Of a DNA stretch of 32,000 bases, positions 9,197 through 17,999 are shown piece by piece. A program made the translations under genes and the position numbers. Source of the DNA: Candidatus Saganbacteria bacterium (GTDB taxonomy: Bacteria > Margulisbacteria > WOR-1 > JAKLHX01); NCBI GenBank assembly GCA_026387835.1, contig JAPLKZ010000012.1, forward strand, positions 1-32,000. Reading direction: 5' to 3'. The notes beneath the pieces are model-generated. The model ran no database searches, had not been told where the DNA came from, and saw nothing but the letters and a program-made list of their open reading frames with translations. Each line of letters begins with the position of its first letter. Position 1 is the first letter of the stretch.

Positions 9197-10339
9197 TTAA
9201 TCAAGCCTCTTTCTGAACCTTTTTGCCGACAGCGCTATCATTATGCACCCGAATATGACAAGCATAAGAGTGTCGGGCCAAAGATATTCTATCCCGATGC
9301 CTTTCATGAATATCCCGCGCAGTATCGTCAGGAAATATCTGGCGGGGACTAAATATGTTATTAACTGAACCATGTATGGCATACCTTCTATCGGAAAAAC
9401 AAAACCCGAAAGAAGGATCGACGGCAGCATTGTCGTCATCATGCCGATGATCACCGCGTTCTCCTGTTTATCGGAAATAGTCGATATCAGCAGACCGAGA
9501 CCGAGAGAGCCGAAAATGAATATAGCCGATTCAATGAACAGGAACAGAAGGTCTCCCCTGATCGGGACCTTGAACACCACCGCACCGAAAGAAACGCATA
9601 AGAGGACGTCCAGAAAACCGATCAGGACATAAGGGAGAAGCTTCCCTGTCATTATCTCGACAGGCCTTATCGATGTCGCAATAAGCTGCTCCATCGTGCC
9701 CCTTGTCTTTTCGCTGACAATAGAAAGAGAAGTTATCAGCGCGGCAAGGATCATCAGCACCATGGAAATTATGCCGGGGACAAGGAAGTTCATGCTCCTG
9801 AGCGATTCGTTGTACCAGACTCTTGTCTTGGCATCTATCGGGATCAGGGACTGTGCATCCTTCATTCCGGACCTCGACAGACTAGTTATCAGGATTGATT
9901 TTGTATAGTCCTGAAGGATGCCGTTGATATAACCTATAGAGACGGTGGCTGTATTTGCATCGGCCCCGTCAAGTATGACCTGAACCTGCGCTTTCTTTCC
10001 CGAAAGGACTCTGCCTGAAAAACCGTTGTCAAAGTTTATTATAAGATTGGCTTTCCCGCTCAGAAAATATTTTTCTGCGTCCTTGTAGCTGTCGACGCAG
10101 GCTATCACGTTGAAATATCTTGAGGCCTCGAATTTCCTTACTATCTCCCTTGTCATTGGTTTATTATCCATATCGCGGACCACGGTCGGGATGTTCTTGA
10201 TATCAAAGGTCAGAGCGTAACCGTACAGTATCAGCATCACTATCGGCAGAGCGAACGTGATAAGGAGCGTCCTCGTGTCCCTCACGATGTGAAGGAATTC
10301 TTTTCGCATTATCGATACTATTCTTCTGATATCTATCAT
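9197..10339 (-). CDS. ABC-2 type transporter permease (YbhR/YbhS-like)
   Basis: 380 aa paralogue of the neighbouring permease: IMRKEFLHIVRDTRTLLITFALPIVMLILYGYALTFD, LVPGIISMVLMILAALITSLSIVSEKTRGTMEQLIATSIRPVEIMTGK. Confidence 0.93.
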   Translation of the reverse strand: MIDIRRIVSIMRKEFLHIVRDTRTLLITFALPIVMLILYGYALTFDIKNIPTVVRDMDNKPMTREIVRKFEASRYFNVIACVDSYKDAEKYFLSGKANLIINFDNGFSGRVLSGKKAQVQVILDGADANTATVSIGYINGILQDYTKSILITSLSRSGMKDAQSLIPIDAKTRVWYNESLRSMNFLVPGIISMVLMILAALITSLSIVSEKTRGTMEQLIATSIRPVEIMTGKLLPYVLIGFLDVLLCVSFGAVVFKVPIRGDLLFLFIESAIFIFGSLGLGLLISTISDKQENAVIIGMMTTMLPSILLSGFVFPIEGMPYMVQLITYLVPARYFLTILRGIFMKGIGIEYLWPDTLMLVIFGCIMIALSAKRFRKRLD

Positions 10340-11058
10340 CTTTTCACCGCGCTGATAAAAACATCATCTAAGCTAGTCTTGTTATAAGTCGTTTTTAATT
10401 GGCCGGGACTGCCGCCCGCTACTATCACTCCGTCAGAGATAAGAGCGATATTATTGCAATGTTCCGCTTCGTCCATGTAATGGGTCGTCACGAGTATGGT
10501 CGTTCCCTCTTCCGAAAGTTTATAGATGAGCCTCCAGAAATTCCTTCTTGAAACCGGATCGACACCGGATGTCGGCTCGTCCAAAAATAATATTTTAGGG
10601 TTATGTATCACGGCGCATCCAAGGGCAAGCCTCTGTTTCCATCCTCCTGAAAGATTTGCCGTAAGCTCATCCTCGCGGCCGGAAAGCCCCGCCATCCCTA
10701 TCATCTCTTTTTTTCTTTTTTCGCGCCCCGTTTTGAGCGTCTGATATATTCCCGCGTAAAAGTCGAGGTTCTCGGAAACGGTAAGGTCCTCATACAACGA
10801 GAACTTCTGCGACATGTAGCCGATATTCTCTTTTATCTTTTCGCTCTCTTTGTTTATATCAAATCCGCCCACGCTGCCAGTCCCTGCCGTAGGCTCGAGT
10901 ATCCCGCACAGCATCCTTATAGTCGTGGATTTGCCCGCGCCGTTAGGCCCTAGAAAGCCGAATATCTCGCCTTTCTTAACTTTAAAGCTGACCTTATCCA
11001 CCGCGGTGAAATCACCGAACTTCTTAGTAAGATCCTCAACGATTATAGAATTTTCCAT
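10336..11058 (-). CDS. ABC transporter ATP-binding protein
   Basis: 240 aa; Walker A GPNGAGKST, LSGGWKQRLALGCAV, ILFLDEPTSGVDP, H-loop VTTHYMDEAE. Confidence 0.95.
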   Translation of the reverse strand: MENSIIVEDLTKKFGDFTAVDKVSFKVKKGEIFGFLGPNGAGKSTTIRMLCGILEPTAGTGSVGGFDINKESEKIKENIGYMSQKFSLYEDLTVSENLDFYAGIYQTLKTGREKRKKEMIGMAGLSGREDELTANLSGGWKQRLALGCAVIHNPKILFLDEPTSGVDPVSRRNFWRLIYKLSEEGTTILVTTHYMDEAEHCNNIALISDGVIVAGGSPGQLKTTYNKTSLDDVFISAVKR

Positions 11059-11957
11059 TATTTCATCATCCAGACGAATACGTCCTCCAGGCTCGGTTCT
11101 ATCTGCCTTATCTCGCAGACATCTATGGACCTTTCTTTTAACAGGGCTTCGATCCTGGGTATATCGCCTGCCGCGTTGTCAGAGACTATATGCAGCCTGT
11201 CGCCGAATACTTCAAAAGAATATTTGTTTTCCAAATGCCTTGCGGCAGGTCTTATCTGGTCGCAGAGAAGCTCGATTATCTGCTTTTCCATCTTCTTTTT
11301 TATCTCATCCGGAGTCCCTTCTGTCAGTATCTTTCCGCTGTGGATCAAAGCCACCCTGTCGCACATCTCGGCTTCGTCCATATACGGTGTCGTGACAAAA
11401 ACCGTGACAGCGGGGACAAGTAACTTGATTATCTGCCAGAACTCCCTGCGCGATATCGGGTCCACGCCGGTGGTCGGCTCGTCGAGAAAAAGGACCTTCG
11501 GAGTGTGTATTAGGGTGCAAGCCAGGGCTAATTTTTGTTTCATCCCGCCTGAAAGTTTCTGCGCGGGCCTGTCCTTGAATTTTTCAAGCCTGCTGAACTC
11601 AAGAAGCTCCTTTTTGCGTTTTTCCACTTCTTGTCGCGGCACAAGATGGATATCGGCAAAAAAATCAAGGTTCTCTTCCACCGAAAGGTCGCCGTATAAA
11701 CTGAACTTCTGCGACATGTAGCCGATGGAATCTTTTACCTTTTCGGACTCTTTTGCGACATCTATACCAAGAAGGCTTGCCGAACCTCCGTCTATCTTAT
11801 ACAGACCGCAGAGAAGTCTTATTGTGGTCGTCTTCCCGCCTCCGTCAGGACCTATAAGGCCGAAGATCACGCCCGAGGGGACGTTTAGATCGAGGTTGTT
11901 GACTGCTATTGTATTTTTAAATTTTTTGGTGAGGTTCTTAGTTTGTATAGCATACAT
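11058..11957 (-). CDS. ABC transporter ATP-binding protein with H-loop His replaced by Pro
   Basis: 299 aa; Walker A GPDGGGKTT, LSGGMKQKLALACTL, VLFLDEPTTGVDP, TTPYMDEAEMCDR where TTHYMDEAE is usual. Confidence 0.93.
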   Translation of the reverse strand: MYAIQTKNLTKKFKNTIAVNNLDLNVPSGVIFGLIGPDGGGKTTTIRLLCGLYKIDGGSASLLGIDVAKESEKVKDSIGYMSQKFSLYGDLSVEENLDFFADIHLVPRQEVEKRKKELLEFSRLEKFKDRPAQKLSGGMKQKLALACTLIHTPKVLFLDEPTTGVDPISRREFWQIIKLLVPAVTVFVTTPYMDEAEMCDRVALIHSGKILTEGTPDEIKKKMEKQIIELLCDQIRPAARHLENKYSFEVFGDRLHIVSDNAAGDIPRIEALLKERSIDVCEIRQIEPSLEDVFVWMMK

Positions 11958-11983
11958 ATTTAGATCGTTCTGCCCTCAACCGC

Positions 11984-12838
11984 TCATTTTTTCAGTTCTA
12001 TCACGGCGTCCGCCGGCATCCCCGGTTTTAACCGGAGACTTTCGTTAGGGATCTTCACCTTCACCTCAAATACTTGGTTCACCCTTTCCTCTTTTGTCTG
12101 TATGTTCTTCGGGGTGAACTCTGCCTTGCTCGCGATATATTCCACACTGCCGTAGAACTTTTCATGCGGGAAAGAATCAACGCTTAAAGCCACTTTGTCG
12201 CCCAGATCTATCTTCCCCACCTCTTTCTCCGTCACGTAAAGTTTTAGTTCAAGGGAGCGCAGGTCAGCCACTGTCACGATCGTAGAGCCCGGGCTAACAA
12301 GCTCTCCTTTTTCAACAGCCTTAACCAAGACTATCCCATCTACGGGAGAGACGATCGAAGCGTCGCCGAACTGCGACTGAGCAGTCTCAAGTGCCGCTTC
12401 GGCCTGCAAAAGGCCGTTGCTTGCTGAATCAGCGGCTGTATTTGCGTTGTCATACTGCTGACGAGTGGCCATCCCGTCTTCATATAGTTTTGAGATCCTT
12501 ACAAAATCAGCCTGTGCGGTCTGCGACCTGGACTCTGCCGCATCTTGTCCTGCCTTCGCTGAACGGAGAGCAGCAGTGATCTCAGGAATATCGATCTTAG
12601 CGATAGGATCTCCGGTCTTCACATTGCTCCCCTCGTCCACATATCTTTCAAGCACCCTGCCTGAGACTTTCGAGCCTACCTGCACTTCTATAGCCTCAAT
12701 AGTGCCTGAAGCTGATATGACCCCCCTGTTGATGAACGCAATAATAAAGGCCCATGAATAATAGAGTACGATGCATAAGATGACGGCAGCCGCAATAGCA
12801 ACTATCCTTTTTTTCTTTAGATCTTCATTTCCATTCAT
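11984..12838 (-). CDS. HlyD-family secretion/efflux adaptor (YbhG-like)
   Basis: 284 aa; N-terminal TM, IEAIEVQVGSKVSGRVLERYVDEGSNVKTGDPIAKIDIPE, long coiled-coil, SIVSPVDGIVLVKAVEKGELVSPG. Confidence 0.94.
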   Translation of the reverse strand: MNGNEDLKKKRIVAIAAAVILCIVLYYSWAFIIAFINRGVISASGTIEAIEVQVGSKVSGRVLERYVDEGSNVKTGDPIAKIDIPEITAALRSAKAGQDAAESRSQTAQADFVRISKLYEDGMATRQQYDNANTAADSASNGLLQAEAALETAQSQFGDASIVSPVDGIVLVKAVEKGELVSPGSTIVTVADLRSLELKLYVTEKEVGKIDLGDKVALSVDSFPHEKFYGSVEYIASKAEFTPKNIQTKEERVNQVFEVKVKIPNESLRLKPGMPADAVIELKK

Positions 12839-14393
12839 AACTATTGACCTCCAATACCTGCCCTGCCATCATATAGGTGACCATGTCTTTTTTCAGGGTC
12901 CCTGATATTTTTATGTCTTTTTTTCCGGTTTTTGCGCCGCTGATTATATCTTCTGCAGGTTTACCGGTCAGGACATAGGACCTCCCGTCATCAGACAGGA
13001 AGCTATAAAAACCGCCCTCGAGGTCTACATACTTCATCTGACCGTTAAGAATAAGAAGTTCTCTGGTGATCAGGGCGGTGTTCTTATCCAGAAGCCCGGT
13101 CGCTCTTTCGATGCCGAGCCGTGCCAGTTCCAGATCAAACCCGGCAGACATCAGATCTATCTCCGCCTGAGTAAGGGATGTCTGGGCGTCAAGGACCTCG
13201 ATATTGGTGGCAAGGCCGTTCTTATATCTTATTTCCGCGATATTAAAGTTTTCTCTCGCGCTGTCGATTCCGGCAGTCGCGCTCTCAAGCATTTCTTTTG
13301 CCGCTTCCCAGTTCAAATATGCCTGCTTCACGTCAAACTCAACCGCTTTTCTTGTCATCTCCCTGCCCGCGATCGAAGAATCAAGATTTGCCTGAGCTTC
13401 TTTTATTTTGCTCTGCGTCGAGAAGCCGTTAAAGATAGTCCATGTCGCTGCTCCGGCTACCTGCCAGTTCCTTGCGTCATAATTTAGGTCCGCAACATCA
13501 TAATCATTGTTGCTCCACTGATAGTAGCCCTGAAGATTGACTGATGGCATCCACTGCGACACTGCAAGGCCTCTGTTCCTGGCAGAGATCTCGACCGAAC
13601 CTTTCACCTGTTTCCAGTCCGGCCTGTTTGTGAACGCATCTGTCAGCATCTGTTTGTAGCTGTATTCTTTGCCTTCATAACCGGAGGAAAGATCGACATC
13701 TTCCACATCTATCTCTTCCCCGATAGCTCTGCCAATTGAAGTATTAAAGGCAGCTTTCCCGACTTCAAGGCCGTTATTTGCCTTAATAAGGGATTGCTTT
13801 GCCCGGGAGACGGAAACCTCACTTCTCAAAGTATCCGCACGGGTTGCCATCCCTACTTTAAGCATCTTTTTTGTCTGGTCAAGATGAGCTGTGGCCATTT
13901 CAAGTGATTCATTTGACAGTTGTACGGACTTCTTGGCCTTAAGATAATTGAAATACGCCTGTGCGACATTGTAGATGCAGTCCTGTAAAGCTTTTCTTAA
14001 GTCTTCACGCGCTGATTTTGCGTTTTCCATTGCTATCGCCAGAGTATTCTCGTTTTTTCCGAAAGTAAAAATGCTCTGCTGGAAACTTGCCTGCCAACCC
14101 TTTAACGCGCTCACGTCATCTATACCCATCACCAAAGGTGTGTTCAGGATCATTGTCTTTATAGGAGCCTGATAATTCCTGGCATAATTAGCTGACAACG
14201 TTACTGAAGGCAGATACGAAGAAAATGACTCGCTGACTCTTGCGCTCGCGGCATCAGCTTTTCTCTGGACGATCACGACATTGTCGTTGTTCTTCAGCGC
14301 GATATCGATGCTTTCTTTAAGATTAAGTGAAAAGGAGGGGGATGAAAATAACAAGAAGACCGAAATCAGACTAAAAATAACCCCTCTCTTCAT
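12825..14393 (-). CDS. TolC-family outer membrane efflux protein with extra C-terminal domain (~70 aa)
   Basis: 522 aa; signal peptide and two TolC repeats (SLNLKESIDIALKNN...; FDVKQAYLNWEAAKEMLESATAGIDSARENFNIAEIRYKNGLATNIEVLDAQTSLTQAEIDL), then a non-TolC tail MKYVDLEGGFYSFLSDDGRSYVLTG...VLEVNSYEWK. Confidence 0.93.
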   Translation of the reverse strand: MKRGVIFSLISVFLLFSSPSFSLNLKESIDIALKNNDNVVIVQRKADAASARVSESFSSYLPSVTLSANYARNYQAPIKTMILNTPLVMGIDDVSALKGWQASFQQSIFTFGKNENTLAIAMENAKSAREDLRKALQDCIYNVAQAYFNYLKAKKSVQLSNESLEMATAHLDQTKKMLKVGMATRADTLRSEVSVSRAKQSLIKANNGLEVGKAAFNTSIGRAIGEEIDVEDVDLSSGYEGKEYSYKQMLTDAFTNRPDWKQVKGSVEISARNRGLAVSQWMPSVNLQGYYQWSNNDYDVADLNYDARNWQVAGAATWTIFNGFSTQSKIKEAQANLDSSIAGREMTRKAVEFDVKQAYLNWEAAKEMLESATAGIDSARENFNIAEIRYKNGLATNIEVLDAQTSLTQAEIDLMSAGFDLELARLGIERATGLLDKNTALITRELLILNGQMKYVDLEGGFYSFLSDDGRSYVLTGKPAEDIISGAKTGKKDIKISGTLKKDMVTYMMAGQVLEVNSYEWK

Positions 14394-14450
14394 CAGGATC
14401 CTCCCAAATTTAAGAACTGATAACTATTGAATGATGCTATATATATTATG

Positions 14451-16883
14451 CTATTTTACGCGGTTTTTCAATATGTTTTTCGCCACCCTCACCGCTTCAA
14501 CCGCATCTTTTGCGAAGTTGGCACCGAAAGATTTCGCATAATTAGAAGTAACGGGAGCACCACCTACCATCACCGGGATATTTAAACCCTCTTTTTCAAG
14601 CTGAGCTTTAACTATCTTCATCCCGGGCATCGTAGTCGTCAAAAGCGCCGAAAGCAGTATCACGTCTGCTTTATTTTCTTTTGCCGAAAGCACGATCTTC
14701 TCCGGCGGAACATCCTTACCGAGGTCGACGACATTGAATCCGTGGTTCTCAAGGAGCATAGAAACGATATTCTTTCCTATATCGTGAATATCCCCGAGAA
14801 CTGTAGCAATTACCGCGATCCCTATCATCTTCCTGTCCCCGGGCTTTATCTCCTTTTTCACTCTTTCAAAAGCCACCTTCATGGCCTCGGCGGATGCCAT
14901 CACCTGCGGGATGAAATATCTCCCGTCATTGAACCTCTTTCCAACCTCCTCCATCGCCGGAAGCAGATCTCCGTCAATGATATTCTGAGGACCTTTTTCC
15001 TTCAAAGCACTCTCTATTAAAGGAACAATATTCTCTCTGTCTCCATCAACCACAGCAGCAAATATTTGTTCTGCAATGTTTTTTTCTTTACCTTTTATCC
15101 TTTCTTCCTTCTTCTTCTCTTCCCTTCTTCCCCCGTATTTCTCGATCCACCCCTTCGCCCTCCTATCCTTGTTCAAAAACACTTCTTCCGCCGCTTTCAA
15201 TTCCGCAGCCGAAACTTTGACCGTCAGATTTTCAGGGTTGTAGATCGCCGCATCAAGTCCAGTTTTTACCGCTAATTTCAGGAACGCTGCGTTCATTTGC
15301 TTTCTTGCGGGAAGTCCGTGCGAGACATTGCTGACGCCGAGTATAGCTTTTACCTTTAATTTGCTTTTAACAAGTTTTATCGCTTTCAATGTCTCAGCAA
15401 CATCCTCCTGCTGCGCTCCCGCAGCAAGGGTTAATGCATCAATAAAGATATTTTCTTTTTTGATCCCTATCTCAACAGCTCTTTTGACTATTTTTTCCGC
15501 GATTTTGAGCCTTTCAGACGCTTTTGACGGTATTCCTTTTTCAAGAGTAAGTCCGATCACGGCAGCCCCGTACTTTTTTACCAGAGGAAGGACCGCATTC
15601 AGGCTTTCTTCTTTCCCGTTCACCGAATTTACAAGCGCCTTACCGGCGAATGTCTTTAATCCTTCTTCCAATGTGCCGGGGTTTGAGCTGTCGATACAAA
15701 GCGGAACAGAAACAGAACTTTCCGCTGTCAGGACCGCATTTTTTATGGCTTTCAACTCGTCAATATCCGGCATGCCTACGTTTATATCAAGCATATCCGC
15801 TCCGGCCGCTACCTGCGACACCGCGTTCTGCCTGACCACGGACGTCTTACCCTGTCTCATATCTTCCTGCAGGTCTTTTCTGTTCGTCGGATTTATCCTC
15901 TCGCCGATTATTACAACCTTACCGGGTTTAACTTCCAACACCTCGGTTCTACTTGCCAGTTTGGTATTTTGAATTTGGAATTTTGAATTTGTTTCGCTTG
16001 CCCCGAGCGAAGTCGAGGGGGATTTCGTGCTTCGAATTTCGGATTTTATCCGCTTTATATGTTCCGGCCCCGTCCCGCAACACCCGCCAATAAACTTTAC
16101 ACCCAGTTTCGCCATTTCAACCGCATATCTTAAAAATTTTTCCGGCGTCATCCTGTATACAGTCTCATCCCCGACGATCTCCGGATTGCCGGCGTTCGCC
16201 ATTATTGATATTGGAAGATTTGTATTTTTTAGTAGAACTTTCGCTATCTTTACAAGTCCCTGCGGTCCCGATGAGCAGTTCGCTCCTATTGCATCCGCTC
16301 CCAGAGCCTCAAATACGGCCGTGGCTACTTCCGGAGGAGTTCCAGTATTTGTCTTTCCGTTCTCGCTGTAAGTGAGATGGACTATTACAGGGAGTTTTGT
16401 AGTGCTTTTGACCGCTATCAAGGCAGCGCGCGCTTCCTGGATATCGCTCATCGTTTCTATTGAAATGAGGTCAGCCCCGGCTTCTTCGAACACTTTCGCC
16501 TGGGCAGAGAACTCATCGAATGCCTGATCGAAAGAAAACGCGCCTATCGGCTCCATCAACTCTCCAAAAGGGCCCATCGACGCAGCAATAAGAGCTTTTC
16601 CTGCTGCGGCTTTTTTCGCGATCCTTACAGCATCGAAGTTGATTTTATGAAATTTTCCTTCGAGGCCGTATCCTTTGAGCTTGTTCTTTGTCCCGCCGAA
16701 AGTATTCGTCTCGATTATATCGGCCCCGGCATCGACATAAGACTTGTGAACTGAATAGACGATATCGGGGGCAGTCAGGTTCAGCTCTTCGAAGCATTTT
16801 CCCGCGGGAACGCCCCTGAGCATGAGCTGGGTACCCATTGCCCCGTCAAAGATGTATGTTTTTTTGTCATTAAATATTGTCAT
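14451..16883 (-). CDS. metH: B12-dependent methionine synthase, short form (homocysteine-, pterin- and cobalamin-binding modules, no C-terminal reactivation domain)
   Basis: 810 aa; Hcy-binding module (FDGAMGTQLMLRG, IETNTFG, GGCCGTGPEHI), pterin module (IIGERINPTNR, LDINVG, SVNGKEE), B12 cap and domain (VLGDIHDIGKNIV, VGGAPVT), ending soon after VRVAKNILKNRVK. Confidence 0.95.
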   Translation of the reverse strand: MTIFNDKKTYIFDGAMGTQLMLRGVPAGKCFEELNLTAPDIVYSVHKSYVDAGADIIETNTFGGTKNKLKGYGLEGKFHKINFDAVRIAKKAAAGKALIAASMGPFGELMEPIGAFSFDQAFDEFSAQAKVFEEAGADLISIETMSDIQEARAALIAVKSTTKLPVIVHLTYSENGKTNTGTPPEVATAVFEALGADAIGANCSSGPQGLVKIAKVLLKNTNLPISIMANAGNPEIVGDETVYRMTPEKFLRYAVEMAKLGVKFIGGCCGTGPEHIKRIKSEIRSTKSPSTSLGASETNSKFQIQNTKLASRTEVLEVKPGKVVIIGERINPTNRKDLQEDMRQGKTSVVRQNAVSQVAAGADMLDINVGMPDIDELKAIKNAVLTAESSVSVPLCIDSSNPGTLEEGLKTFAGKALVNSVNGKEESLNAVLPLVKKYGAAVIGLTLEKGIPSKASERLKIAEKIVKRAVEIGIKKENIFIDALTLAAGAQQEDVAETLKAIKLVKSKLKVKAILGVSNVSHGLPARKQMNAAFLKLAVKTGLDAAIYNPENLTVKVSAAELKAAEEVFLNKDRRAKGWIEKYGGRREEKKKEERIKGKEKNIAEQIFAAVVDGDRENIVPLIESALKEKGPQNIIDGDLLPAMEEVGKRFNDGRYFIPQVMASAEAMKVAFERVKKEIKPGDRKMIGIAVIATVLGDIHDIGKNIVSMLLENHGFNVVDLGKDVPPEKIVLSAKENKADVILLSALLTTTMPGMKIVKAQLEKEGLNIPVMVGGAPVTSNYAKSFGANFAKDAVEAVRVAKNILKNRVK
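15961..16045. repeat. Short interspersed repeat-like insertion inside metH (AT-rich micro-repeats plus GC-rich CCCCTCGACTTCGCTCGGGGCAAGC element), translated in frame
   Basis: On the minus strand the metH linker reads GAAATTCGAAGCACGAAATCCCCCTCGACTTCGCTCGGGGCAAGCGAAACAAATTCAAAATTCCAAATTCAAAATACCAA. Its composition and internal micro-repeats (AAATTCAAAATTCC AAATTCAAAATACC) differ from the surrounding gene. It encodes EIRSTKSPSTSLGASETNSKFQIQNTK. Confidence 0.65.
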
Positions 16884-17307
16884 TTTGCATCACCAGAGCG
16901 TCTTCCTTCGGGTTCTGATAATATTCCCTTCTCCTGTCCAATACTTTGAACCCGAGTTTTTTGTATATTTTCTGCGCGGGAACATTGGATTGCCGCACTT
17001 CAAGAAATAATTTTTTAAGCCCTTTTCCTTTGGCATCTGCTATTAACCGTTCGATCAATTCTGTCCCTATGCCTTTTTTTCTGCATTTAGGATGCACGGC
17101 CAGTGTTGTTATGTGACCTTCATCCAGCACATGTCTGAAACCCGTATATCCGCAGATTTTTTTTCCGTCCTTTATCGCGATATAATGCCCGTTCTCCGCC
17201 GAGAACTCGTCGACAAACGTCTGCTTGCTCCAATGCGATGCAAACGATTTTTTCTCTATCTTCAGCATTTCGTTGATATCATCCAGAACCGCCTTTTCTA
17301 TGTTCAT
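16870..17307 (-). CDS. rimI: Ribosomal protein alanine N-acetyltransferase (GNAT family)
   Basis: 145 aa; DINEMLKIEKKSFASHWSKQTFVDE, VHPKCRKKGIGTELIERLI, LEVRQSNVPAQKIYKKLGFKVLDRRREYYQNPKEDALVM; next to tsaB and tsaE. Confidence 0.93.
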   Translation of the reverse strand: MNIEKAVLDDINEMLKIEKKSFASHWSKQTFVDEFSAENGHYIAIKDGKKICGYTGFRHVLDEGHITTLAVHPKCRKKGIGTELIERLIADAKGKGLKKLFLEVRQSNVPAQKIYKKLGFKVLDRRREYYQNPKEDALVMQNDNI

Positions 17308-17999
17308 TTTATCCTCTCCCCCTGAGCTTTGAATTCCCTGACATTAGGCGTATGTGAATATTTCGGCGTCATCTTTAAATAGTCGTCTTTCTTGCCTTCT
17401 TTTAATTTCTGCTCTCCTATCAGCGCGACATTGACGCCCGAAGCGGCCGAGCGTGCCTGATCGGCTATCCTGATGTTGCTGTTTATCCTTGATTTCTGCA
17501 AGAACGGGAAATCTTTTGACGCTATTATATATATTTCGCCTTTTATTTCTTTCAAAAGTTCCTTCAGCCTTGCTTCAGATACAACGATATCTTCGGTTAT
17601 CCTTCTTAGTTTTTTTGAATCGGAAGTAAATAACGCAAAGTTAACTTCATCCCTGACGGCATCACAGACAACAGCTATCGTCCCGCTTACATTGACGAGA
17701 TTATACGCCATCGCCTCGAGTGTCGATACTCCAATGACAGGGATGTTCAATACCTGGGCAAAGCTTTTTGCGGCCGCGAGCCCGCCTCTCAGCCCTGAAT
17801 ATGAACCCGGACCGTCCGACACGGCGATCGCACCGATATCTTTTATATCGGCCCCTGCTTCCGTCATTATTCTTTCGATCAGGACGACGATATCTTCGGA
17901 CTTTAAAGCTGATGACGTGAATTCGGCCAGCAGCCTGCCGTCTTCAACGAACCCGGCGCCCACTATTTTGGTCGCCGTGCTGATGCCTAATACTTTCAT
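17304..17999 (-). CDS. tsaB: tRNA threonylcarbamoyladenosine biosynthesis protein TsaB
   Basis: 231 aa; MKVLGISTATKIVGAGFVEDG, IAVSDGPGSYSGLRGGLAAAKSFAQVLNIPVIGVSTLEAMA. Confidence 0.95.
   Translation of the reverse strand: MKVLGISTATKIVGAGFVEDGRLLAEFTSSALKSEDIVVLIERIMTEAGADIKDIGAIAVSDGPGSYSGLRGGLAAAKSFAQVLNIPVIGVSTLEAMAYNLVNVSGTIAVVCDAVRDEVNFALFTSDSKKLRRITEDIVVSEARLKELLKEIKGEIYIIASKDFPFLQKSRINSNIRIADQARSAASGVNVALIGEQKLKEGKKDDYLKMTPKYSHTPNVREFKAQGERIK

Noticed and set aside
11125-11721. 198 aa plus-strand ORF opposite the second ABC ATPase, and 181 aa ORF 10850..11395
   Set aside because: Shadow ORFs antisense to clearly conserved ATPase genes; no plausible domain.
15328-16371. Long plus-strand ORFs (214 aa, 114 aa) opposite metH
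   Set aside because: Mirror-frame ORFs of the metH coding sequence; Ser/Phe-rich composition typical of antisense translation.
16884-17000. Cobalamin or SAM riboswitch upstream of metH
   Set aside because: metH starts inside an operon, overlapping the 3' end of rimI, so there is no untranslated leader to hold an aptamer.
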